A stretch of 64,000 bases of DNA from Lingula anatina (Eukaryota; Animalia; Brachiopoda): NCBI GenBank assembly GCA_051362555.1, contig CM120640.1, positions 37,591,967 to 37,655,966 on the forward strand. The letters are read 5' to 3'. A program made the translations under genes and the position numbers. Each line of letters starts with the position of its first letter. Position 1 is the first letter of the stretch. The notes beneath the pieces were generated by a model. The model was given only the letters and a program-made list of their open reading frames with translations. It did no database searches and had not been told where the DNA came from. Below, in pieces: positions 19,299 to 30,212 of this stretch.

Positions 19299-21752
19299 TC
19301 AAAGTTGCGGGAAAAAGAGGGCTTCTGGGAAGAATTTGGCATATATACTTAAGGCTTGCAGAGAACCCGCCCACACTTGAGGGACGGCAATTCTATTACT
19401 CCAAAGAGGCTTCCCCACAGGGTTTGGTCCATTGTACACATAAAACTCCCCAAGATGATTGAAATGGGGAACTTCAAGGATTGACACGTTCATAGCTTTC
19501 TCTACTATTTGGCGGTCGCTGCTATCTTTTGGTAAAAACATTAAAAGGGGAATTATATAGTTTGCGTCATATCCAGCATTCATCCCTGGCTTGGGAGCAA
19601 CAACTCGAGCCTGAAGAAGGTCAACCCCCAATGTGACAACGCGTTTCCACATTCTTTGCGCAATGGGATCTGATTGGTTGGAGGGGTTTAAAAGTGGGAG
19701 TGGCCATACCGTATATGGTAGCACTGGTTTCATGAATTGCGTTGCATTAAAAAAGGATGGGTCAAAGAAGTTTTTCTTTATGGCGGTGCTTAGCTCAATT
19801 GCTCGTTCATGCCAAGGTCGCCATATTTCTTCTGGTTCTTTCAGTAAGGCAGCCGCTTCAGATGCGGCCAGCAAACCCAACATGATCGTTGAGGCACCCT
19901 CTCCTCCTTGCGTGTAGAACGGAGTATCGTCTTCGCTGGAAAGGCATTGGAGGCCGTTTGTTGGGTCTTTACATCTGTAAGTAAGCAGGTTTGCTGCACG
20001 AAACACGGATTCCTTAATAACTGCCCAGTACTCTGTCGCATCCTGAATCGATATTCGAGGAATGTGCATACACATTGCCCACAAGGCAAAACCCGTTTCG
20101 TCGATTTCGAAGTTCACCGGTCCCGTGGCACACCCATCACTGAAATAACACATCGCATAGGACCCAGCCGGGGAGTAGTTCAATGAGTCATTGTGCAACA
20201 CGCCACCGGGTTGATAGTCCTGGAAGTCATGTCGTCTCTGAATAGAAGCAAGAAATTTCCCATGAGACATTACTTCCTCATCATACCCACCACATACAGT
20301 AAGTAAGTAATGGGGGAATGCCGTGTCTCTTGGCCATTCGAAATTATGCCATCGAGTCATTGACGTCCCTGCCACCAGGGAACCTGTTGCAAGCGTCTGG
20401 GCCGATTTTACAGTCAACAAAGACCGTTTAAACATAGGCATGTATGTCTCTTGTTGTGGAGCGGTCATTTTGGACGCTGGGTTATTTTTACATTTGTTAA
20501 GGAACTCTCCATCTGCTGCTTCTGCGTTCGCTTGCATGGCTCCCGGTCCACCCGGGTAGTTTTTCGCCAACTGAACCTTCCGCCGAGCTTCAGCAAGATT
20601 ACTCCCAAGTCCTATGTAAATAGACACGTCCCATTCCCATTTAGATTTTGCATTTTCTTCGTTTAACATAATAGCCCCAAAGAAATTCTCATGCCCAGGG
20701 GAGGCATGTGACCATGGGTTACGACCAGTCTGCTGGTTGAGATTAAAATGGGTCATTACATCGAACGCGTCATCGTAGTAAAGGTATTCATTGTAACTGT
20801 GGTCAACGCCACAATAATATGGGCCGAAATCATCGGAACTACCAACAGCCATTGCCACTCTTGGTTCCCAACTGCTGTCAACGGTTTTTGCCCAATCCCG
20901 AGGGTTTAGCGTTCGAATGTTAAGCATCTGTACTTGCTTTAAGTACTCACTTTTGTGTTTACCTGGGTCTGTTGGTAAAGCGCTCATAAATACCCCTGCC
21001 TTATCATCATAAACTAGAGAGAATCCATGCACGGCGTCTTTATCTTCTATGGATCCAATCAAGGAGCTCCAGTCGTAGGCGGGGAAACAGTCCTTTTTGG
21101 CCACAGAACAGTTGTGAATATCTCTATTCATCAAAGCTGGGTTCATATAAAATATATATCCCCAGGTGCCTACGGGTTTATTAATCCTAGTGATATTACA
21201 GCGCCTTACCAGCACATCTATGTCGGGCTCTATAAACCAGACACAGTCCGCTGTGTACAATGGTTCCTGGTTAGGGGTTGCTGGATTGTCATCCGACTTG
21301 TATCGGGTTCGGAAAATGTCCGTATTGTCGTTCAGATACCCGGTGGTCTCCACAATAAAGTGGGAGCTGTTTCGAAATAAGCGACCTCCCGAATCGAACA
21401 AGATCCCATCCGCTGCGCCTTGGTTCTCTCGCGCACCCTTCCGCGGTGTCTGGCTCGCCTTCTCGTGAGTGAGCTCAATGCGGAAATCAAGGTGATCATC
21501 GTAGCTGGGAGACGGCCAACGTAGCTGTGTCAGGGTCCCGTCTCCGATGAACCCTGCAGTCGTGCGACCATGCCCGCTGACCGCTTCTTGTGAGGGATCG
21601 CAGCAGATCTGTAGACCGTCTCGACAATAGTACAAGTCGATAGGGTCAACACTCGGTGCAGCATTTTGAGACACGAGTCCCAAAATAAACATTAATATGC
21701 CACTCAATGTGTGAAGGCACATCGTGAGCAACGAAGCATCGCTTTGATACAT
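19299..21752 (-). CDS. Secreted GH15-like (glucoamylase/glucodextranase-type) six-hairpin glycoside hydrolase (817 aa, intronless)
   Basis: Hydrophobic N-terminus; prokaryote-type N-terminal domain (SGHGRTTAGFIGDGTLTQLRWPSPSY); catalytic-barrel motifs TGSLVAG, WPRDTAF, FEIDETGFALWA, DPTNGLQCLSSEDD (position of DLWEE), HLGEF (position of LSEQ) and VPQVWAG (position of PLxWS). Confidence 0.8.
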   Translation of the reverse strand: MYQSDASLLTMCLHTLSGILMFILGLVSQNAAPSVDPIDLYYCRDGLQICCDPSQEAVSGHGRTTAGFIGDGTLTQLRWPSPSYDDHLDFRIELTHEKASQTPRKGARENQGAADGILFDSGGRLFRNSSHFIVETTGYLNDNTDIFRTRYKSDDNPATPNQEPLYTADCVWFIEPDIDVLVRRCNITRINKPVGTWGYIFYMNPALMNRDIHNCSVAKKDCFPAYDWSSLIGSIEDKDAVHGFSLVYDDKAGVFMSALPTDPGKHKSEYLKQVQMLNIRTLNPRDWAKTVDSSWEPRVAMAVGSSDDFGPYYCGVDHSYNEYLYYDDAFDVMTHFNLNQQTGRNPWSHASPGHENFFGAIMLNEENAKSKWEWDVSIYIGLGSNLAEARRKVQLAKNYPGGPGAMQANAEAADGEFLNKCKNNPASKMTAPQQETYMPMFKRSLLTVKSAQTLATGSLVAGTSMTRWHNFEWPRDTAFPHYLLTVCGGYDEEVMSHGKFLASIQRRHDFQDYQPGGVLHNDSLNYSPAGSYAMCYFSDGCATGPVNFEIDETGFALWAMCMHIPRISIQDATEYWAVIKESVFRAANLLTYRCKDPTNGLQCLSSEDDTPFYTQGGEGASTIMLGLLAASEAAALLKEPEEIWRPWHERAIELSTAIKKNFFDPSFFNATQFMKPVLPYTVWPLPLLNPSNQSDPIAQRMWKRVVTLGVDLLQARVVAPKPGMNAGYDANYIIPLLMFLPKDSSDRQIVEKAMNVSILEVPHFNHLGEFYVYNGPNPVGKPLWSNRIAVPQVWAGSLQALSIYAKFFPEALFFPQL

Positions 21753-22553
21753 ACGCGAGATTTCCTTTAGCAGGTATGTGTAATGAGCCTAGGTACAAAA
21801 TACTGCAGCTTAATCAGCTTGCTGTATCTGTATAGGGGCTTTAATATTATATAGGTCATTGGTGTGACCTTTGTCTATCTACGATGGCAATGTATACATC
21901 ATGTCTATTTTACTTCTCTGGTCCAAAGGTATACAGGTTATCGTAATAGATTAGGCGAAATATAAGAATAACCTTGGTCATGATATAATTTGTGCTTTTG
22001 CCAAACGTGATTTTATATTGGTACAGTTGAAATTAAGTCTGACTGAAAATCTCAGCGGCATGTATTATTTTATCTATTTTTTCTGTTATATTTATTTACT
22101 TATTGAGGAGGGGTGTTGGGGTGTTCTAGGGCAAAATAGTCGATCCAGCAGATACTCGTCAGGATTTCCACGAATCGGTGTGTTTTTACATCGATACATG
22201 ACTTTTCATTAATATTAATATTGATATCCTTGCATCTACAGATCCCTGCACCCATAGACCGGATTACCATGTCTTGTTATAAGATGAAAAAATGACCCGA
22301 CAGAACTCGTTTTATTACAACAGCTTTTCGTACTGTTTTATTATAATCTCACTTAGAGATAGCAGCATGCTTTTGAGAATCTCATGCCCTCCTCCCCCCC
22401 CCCTCCCCCCCACTCACACACGCACAAAAATGAGGAGTGATTCAATTCGCAAAAACATTAAATTATTTTTTCGAGAAAAATACATTGGTTAAAAGGATGC
22501 AATTTAAAATACACACAAATTTTCAATAAAAAATCAATTTTACAAAAATCGAA

Positions 22554-25500
22554 TTATTTTCCAATGATAGGCACTGTTGCGCTGTCCACACTGATGTCTG
22601 CCTCATAGATGAAGAGCAGAGTGCTGCTGACTGTGGTGCCCCCTACCAGCTGATTCACACCAAGTCTCTTCACATATGCTGCTGCCCTCTGTTGGTGAGC
22701 GGCGTCGTATCTTGACATAGCAGCGTGACAGAAAGCACCCCAACCCTTCAATAAACGTTGTTATCAGGCAAATGAGAAAAAAAAAGAAAAAAGCTGCACC
22801 CGGAGAGATTATTGGGTAAATAAAGATACAAGACAATTTCACATTTTCAACAAATAAATTCCTCGATGTGTACTTCATTTTGCTAAAAAGTTGTTTGGTA
22901 ATTGGAACTGCCCACAATGAACTGTTCGGTGCTGTTTTATAGAAAATGAATTAATTTTAATCATATATAGGTTAAAATCATTGAATATTTAAGGAGAATG
23001 TACAGACACTCACCGAAGCAACTGGTCTTAGTTTGGATTGATCTACTAAGTTAGACCCCGGGGCGGACGTAGGGTTCACAGCCCACGAACACGTATTCTT
23101 GATGGAGGCAGACCATTCCTGGCGAAAAATTCCATACTGTCTAACTTTACAAGTACGTTTGACAATATTAAAAAAAGATTCCATTCCATGGGCTACCTTC
23201 GGAAAGAGAGAGAGAGGAAGAGAGAGAGAGAGAGAGAGAAAGTGAACAGTGGTGAGTTAACGCAAAAATGCCAAGAAGGAGAAATAAAAAATAAACAAAT
23301 GAAAAATAATAACAAAATTATGAAAGTATGGATATAACGACCAAAACCAAGTAATTAAACAAATAAATATTTAAAAAAACTTGCCTTGTCAACCCAGTAC
23401 TTGGAGACAGCGGTGAGTGGTATCATCTGTATCCCAGTCAGACAGGCATGCCTCATGGGGAACCAGTTTGGCTCACAAGGCCAGTTCAACGTGTAGAGAA
23501 AGTAGTTGTTTTCGGCCAGCATGCCCACGACTCCGTAATCCTGGATGACTGGTGGGAAAAGATGACGATTGTGACGACGCACTTGCCAATATTCTCTCAC
23601 TGAATACAGCTCTTGGGTCAACATCAACTGTCCCATGTGCTGCATGGTCCTGTCGCCAAGAGATAAACCCAATGCCGCCAGGCCGTGATAGCAATTAATG
23701 GCCTACAAAATAGTAGAGATCGAAAAAAAGGAGTGATTTCTAGATGAATGTTGCATTCTTCGTTTTATTGATATTGTTAAGTATACAGATTTACTGATGA
23801 TATAAATGCATACTCTTCTTTAATTTGAAAGATAAGACGGACAAAAAAGAGAAAAGAGATGACAGCAATCATTTTCATTTCAAAGTAAAATTGGAAATGA
23901 TTAAGTTTAAACCAAAGAAACTATAATGACATCCGTTAATCGGTTATTAAATCTTTACATAATTGCGGAGAAGCACGAGGACTTTCTAACCTCGGAGGAG
24001 GATTCCTCTTGCCTCTCGCCGCCGTGTATCCCAGTGGCCCAGGAAAATCCAGTATAGGTGTCTTTGTGTCGAACAACGGGGAAGTAAGGGTCATTCTTGC
24101 TGGGGTTACCGACGTCTCTGGCCAGGAGGGTTAAGCGCTCTCTGTGGACTAAAACGAGAGGCAATGGGGGCGGTAAAGTGCATTCTCTTCACAGTGACAA
24201 ACGCAGGAGACAAACCTTATTTTGAAACTATAGCAAATACACATGCATGTCGCGATTTAAATAACTATGTAGGTCATATATTGAGCTTAAAGGGCAAAAT
24301 CATAATTAGCGGAGTATTTTTGTGTAGGACATAATACACAAAATCGGGTTAATCACGTTGATCCAAGCCCACCAAAACTCGTTATTCTTCGCGTTAAAAT
24401 TATAAATGCCACCAATACAAGAGTAGCGAAACATCTTGTTCTTTGTTAAAAATACTATTGAATAATAGGAATAAGGGAAAGTATCTTACTGTTTGCCCAA
24501 CTTGGATAGTATTTAGCATAATAGGCCGCGGCATACAAGAAATAGCCCAAGTGGAAGTGGTGATCTGCGTAGATGGGGAATCCAAAGCTGGCTCCGGGGT
24601 TGATCGGTTGACCGGCAGGACCACTGCGCAGGAGAAGACCTCCCCACACTGTGTCGTAACGAAACTTGTTGCCGTCGCTCAGGGTATCTAAATGCAAGAA
24701 AAATTAATTCACCTTTTTTTAGTACAAATAATAATAGATCGAAAAAACAATGTTTTGGTAAGAAAACCTTTAATCTTAACATTTCACAGAGATAGTGTTA
24801 CTCAAGGCAGATAAATATTCTGGATGTACGTATGACTTGCTTGAAAAAAAAATCAAAAAGTTTTTTTATCAACTCCTAAGTCTGTGCCTTTCTTGTGTAC
24901 TATAACTGACCTTGAATACGAAGCCATTTTTCCAAACAATTTTTGATCTGAGCGTCCAATTTTTGATAATGGTTGGTTCCAAAAGCACGTGAGATGCTAG
25001 CCACTCGCGCAGCCGCAGAGATGAACTTGCCGACACCATAACTGTCAGCGTAACCGCACACGGAAGACAGGGGGAGCTGTGCGGTGTCAGTGGCAATAGC
25101 ATTCAAGATGTCCTTTAAGAAAGAAACGGATGTGATTTTGGAATAAGACAAAAGATGCGAAAATGTTATCAGAAATTTCATTTAGTGAAGTGTTGCTCCT
25201 ATTGTTTTCCTAAAAAGTGATGCGACCCATTTTTTTTCTATCTATGAACCAATAATGTTTTGTTCTATGTTCTACACTAGTTTAGAAGCAAAGCTAAAAT
25301 GATAATGATTAATGTTTTGTGAAGAAGGAGATAAGGAGTTCAAATAAAATTTACGTAAAAAACTATAACGACTTTTGAAAAGTTATTGAAGTCACTTACT
25401 TGCCGTCTAGCGCTGTTTGCTTTAACTTTGTTCACGTCTCTAACGTCTGGTTCCATTGAGGCAGGTAACAAAGGCATCTCTTGTTGCCAACTGTCCCCTA

Positions 25501-28500
25501 CAGCTACTTTGAATGTGTAGGGAGTGTTGACATTCAGGATTGCAGGGGATTTCAAAAGTTGCTCCTAAAATTTCGAAAAGCACATCTTTTCGACATATTC
25601 ATAATCTTTACGCAATAAAAATGACTAAGACTCATTTGGTATCAATTAAAAATACAGTGCAAAATAGTACATAACTTTGTCTAAAACATACATGGATATT
25701 TTGCATTTGGTGATGTCAGAGACTATTTAGAGGTTTGTATTTAATTGCATTAAGTTACATTTATAAAAAAATTCAATTTATTTTGAGGTCGAAACGAAAC
25801 AACAGTTGAACTGAAGTAGCTTATTGGTACAATACTATATTTGTAAACTCACATGGTGAGGCATAAGCATCATCAGCAATTGACCAGTCCCTCCCATGCC
25901 ATTCACTATTCTCTTGTTCCAGTCAAAGCTGATGTATCCCTTGTCTCCAGAGACGCAGTAACTAGTATCTGGTTTATATGGATAAACACCAATGTACTTG
26001 TCATGAAAACTAGCCATATCCAAATTTCCGCGTACATTTGCTCCACCATAAGCCATCTGCAATACGCCGTTGAAAACCCCTCCGGCTTGGGGAGCGAACT
26101 CAAGCTGCCCATTGGAGCCAACACGATAGGTCATCGCCTCAGAAAAGTACAGCACAAACTTTCGCGTTTGTTGTGGCAGTTTGTTTCCTGGTTCATTTAA
26201 CTCTAAGACGAACTTAGTATTCGGGGCAATGTTCACGGGGCGAGGTTTTACAGTTGGTGGTGCTGTGTTTGCCGTGTTTTGGGATGGCACTCCGGGTCTC
26301 GGGGTCGTTTGAGGATTCCTGCAGTCATGGGCGTAAGGCGTTTCAGTCCACTTACTTGGTGGCATGACGAATCGGCCTATAATATTGACAGCGTAACTAA
26401 CCCTACTGGAAGGGCTGTATTTTCGGTAGATAATAGTTTTGTGGTCACTGGAAAGTTCACATGTAGACTGAGAGCACGTGGCCATGTAATGGTGACTAGC
26501 CCATGTGTCCTGCGTGTGAAAGGCAAATTGGACCTTGTTGAGGTCGCTGACAGGCTGGGAAAGCTTAACAATAAGAGCGACATCGTATCCAGCACCATTC
26601 ACTACACAGACAGGCAAGTGGCAGAAACTCTGTTTGCAAGAATAGCCAAGATAAGAATCAACAGATGAACCCGGTATAATGGGGTTGGGGCTTGGTGTCG
26701 TTGGCGGCACTGGGTAAGAAGTTGGGGAAGACCCGCATTCATGTCTAAATGGCAATTCGTGCCAATTTCTCGGTGGCTGAATGAACGTTCCAATTACGTT
26801 AACTGCATACTTAACTGGCGTGACCGAGTTCAGCAATCTGCGAGTCGTCACCGTCTTCTTGTCCTGGGACAGTTGGCAAGTATTGGCGTTGCAAGAGAGC
26901 ATAGGATGATGTCCATCCCAACTATTCTCTGTGGCCACTGCAAACTGGACATCTTCAACCTTTTTAACTGGCCTGTCCAGCTTTATGGTCAACTGGAAGT
27001 TGTTCTTGCCGTTTTGGATATTACAAGTTGGGAAGTGGCAGAATGACTTTGAGCATGCCAATTCCGCGGCTCGCTTTCCTCGATTGCCGCAAGTATGGGT
27101 GATTGGCTGGTCTATCCAGCTTCTTCCGTAGGGCAATATGTAACTACCAATGACGTTGACAGCAAAGCTGAATGCTCCTAAAACGAAGTGGAAAATGGAA
27201 TATTCAACGCACTTTAGTTGTATTTATTTTAAAGAATTGTATTTGACATGTCCCACGATTTCTAAAAATCGTATTGAGTATTCGGTGAAGTCGATAATGT
27301 CATGCATGTATGAAGTGATATATGACTTCACGCCTTAAGAAGGCTTGAAAATGTAACACAAAACTGAGGAAAACAACGATAATTCAAGCTTAAATTTAAA
27401 TGCACCTCCAGTTACAGGTGTCCTTATGGTCACAGTTTTTCCACCGTTGCTTACGGTGCACTCGTCCTTGCACGTGTGCATGCCGTGACTGCTTCTCCAG
27501 GCAGAAGATGGCGCTGCGGCCCACTGGATCTTACTAATATCTTGCTGTTTGGTCATGTGCAGAGTGATAACAAGATTAGAGCCGTCACAGCTGGCGGAGG
27601 TGTAGCCTTCACCTCCATCTCGCCCTAGAAACGTGAACGCCGGATTATAATTTCAATAGAATTGCCTTTGTATTCATACTTTTATTTGTTAATCAACGTA
27701 ATGTGACAACACACGAGGACTAACATTTTTATCAATATAAGCTGATTAATTCTTTTTGCGCAAATGTTACGATTGTTTGCACGCGCTTTAACGGTACAAA
27801 TAAGGTGACATCATCTTACTTCACTGTATATGCCTTTTGTGGTTGTCTTTATACATGTCACTCAATATCAGTGACATATCGAAAATAATGCCGCATTTCT
27901 TGTTTACCGTTTTAATGAATAATAATAATATCAATAATAATAAACAGCTTCCCATACGGAGACTGAACACCCATCACCTCTTTTCAGTGTAAATCGTCGT
28001 CCGGGGTTTTAACAAGTAATGATGACATGAAGAGTGGTCAGGCCGCTTAATATTTGATAAGAATGAGTGTACCATTTCTCATCTGTCATTGATTCTCACG
28101 AGAACATTGGCGAAGATAGGACGGGGATAACAAAAAAGGTCCTTTTTCACTTGGGCAATTAACCTGTTCATCATCATTGATTTGACCGAAAGCAAGCAAA
28201 GTGAATAAAGATAAAAGTTTGCTTGTCCATATTACCCTGAGCTTCCACTGGACAAGACGACTGTACGGGGTTTCCGTTGATGGAAGCAAGGCAGAAGGCT
28301 GTTACTTGTGGATTCGCATTGGTAAATAAATGCGTGAGAATTGGACTTCCACGCACCAAAGGAACCTAAATAATTACATGAGGAACGATATTATTAAGGA
28401 GTTTGACTGAATGAACCTATCAGTATTCGATTATTAATTTATATATTCCGTTTTTTTTTTAGTAATATTAAACATTTCTGATTAGATTTTTACCTCCATA

Positions 28501-30212
28501 TTTCCACCATTATTGTTCGCAAACTCAAAATTTGCATACATCTCCCCCATGGCAGTGACTTCGGCATCCCCGCTGTTCTCAATACCGACACGTACTCCGG
28601 ATTTTCCTTTCGATATGTAATATATTTTTACAAATAGTCATGGAGTACTAAGCATAAATTTATCACAAAGAAATTCATTATTTCGATCCAAAATTCTGTA
28701 AAAAAAAAATGGTCGAACAAGCGTATAAGTATTATAAGGTAAACGAAAGTTTGAGAGCAGTTTTGTCGTTAGGAATTTTACGGATCTTTTCTCATGGGGG
28801 GTAGTTGGAGAAATTCAGATACACGTTTCACAATATAAGGAAACGACAAGCGTTTGTTGACAAGAATGATTATTTTTCTTAAACAGTTTAAATTCCCCTG
28901 TAGAGGAGGACCGATATTACACCCACCGGAAAAAGTACCGAAGGGATTTCCGTCCGGTCCAGTTACCATTTGTTTAGCGTTGGTTCCCATACTAGTTATT
29001 TTATTCCAAGGTTCCCCAACCTTGGTCAGCGTCTGCTGCTGCATCTCGTCAGTTCTGGAAGCTTTGTTCCAACGGTCCATTGGATAGGCGTCGTATGTTA
29101 TTCCATCCGAGCTCATAACGACTGAAATCACATATTCATTGATACAATAAAATATGGGAAGAAGAAACACGTATCAACCAAAATGAAAGCCTTGTGAGAG
29201 GAGCGAAGCTTCGTGGTATCTGTATTTCTTGCATTTTAACTGTTTTATTTAAAAAACACATTTAAGTTCCATCTCAGTCTAATCCTTACAGTGGCCTAAA
29301 TTTGCTAGTTTTTTTCCAGTGGAGAATTAATTAACATAATTGCTGAACACTCACCGGAAAATGGAAACTGTCGTATTGGAACCATTCCCTTTTTCATTTG
29401 ATTGATTGCAAAATGGTGCGTCGGCAGGGCGCCCAGTGAGCGCATTTTGCCGAAACGTTTGGAAGGGGGCGCCACTCCAAGAAGCTCGGCATTGGCCTCG
29501 TATATTGTGGCTGGGTTTTTGTCAGAGTAGACTTTGTTGTTTAATGGTGTGCATCCTGGAGGAATAGCCGCCAACGCACCGCAGATGACTACAGTGAAAT
29601 CGAAACAAAACAAGACGTTAAAGTAGATTCATCTGCATTTGTAGCGTAGTAACAACAGTCTGGTGGGATTACAATTGCATTAATACCTTATTTGCAGGTG
29701 ATGCATCTTGTGCGTAACTTAGAATGTTTTGAAACATCATCATTCACTTGCAACCGTCCATATATATAGTACATATACATATATACATATGTCACAAAGA
29801 CAAGTGGTTCTTGTTTCAGTACTGTCCCTGGCGTTTTTAACAGGATACAACAGTGACCCTTCACTTATGGCCACGGTTTCGGGTTCGCATCGTTTTTCAT
29901 GTGAAATTTTACCGTATAAAAATCAGAAATGATGATTGACCAAATACATGAACAAAACTTTATACCCATATTTCACAAGAGAATGTATTTATTGATATTT
30001 AACTGCATGATATACTTAATTACTAATACATGTGCGTATATATACTGTGCAGATCGGGACTTATTTTGGAGTTATTCTAGTTCCACTACTCAACACACTA
30101 AAACTGACTCACAAAAACAAGTGTGATAAATAAAATCTAAAGCACTTTTACCTGAAAGTGCGCCAAAGAGGAGAAAAAGCATTGTCCAACTGTGTCCAAC
30201 CAGTAGTACCAT
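22554..30212 (-). CDS. Secreted glycoside hydrolase family 81 endo-1,3-beta-glucanase (about 1200 aa, 14 exons) with three inserted modules of about 100 aa
   Basis: Phase-consistent exons: 30152-30212, 29355-29588, about 28939-29121, about 28494-28606, 28236-28365, 27406-27624, 25853-27177, 25400-25564, 24911-25112, 24490-24687, 23991-24148, 23385-23702, 23014-23118, 22554-22745. Signal peptide MVLLVGHSWTMLFLLFGALSVICGALA. GH81 motifs: PLVRGSP, LMMLMPHH, DSYGVGK, RYDTVWGG, FGFPIYADHHFHLGYFLYAAA, LARDVGNPS...DPYFPVVRHKDTYTGFSWATG, QEESSSEAINCY, GIQMIPLT. The exon 3/4 junction is the least certain. Confidence 0.9.
23204..23238. repeat. (GA)n microsatellite (intronic)
   Basis: Interrupted GA run. 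Confidence 0.85.

Noticed and set aside
19244-21468. Several plus-strand ORFs overlapping the GH15-like gene, and similar ORFs overlapping the oxygenase, GH81 and Tctex1 coding sequences
   Set aside because: These are antisense or alternative-frame shadows of real coding sequence with no recognisable motifs.
15299-30212. Bacterial contamination or a beta-lactam biosynthetic cluster
   Set aside because: The GH81 gene has 13 spliceosomal introns, the spacers are AT-rich with microsatellites, and no NRPS/ACV synthetase is present.
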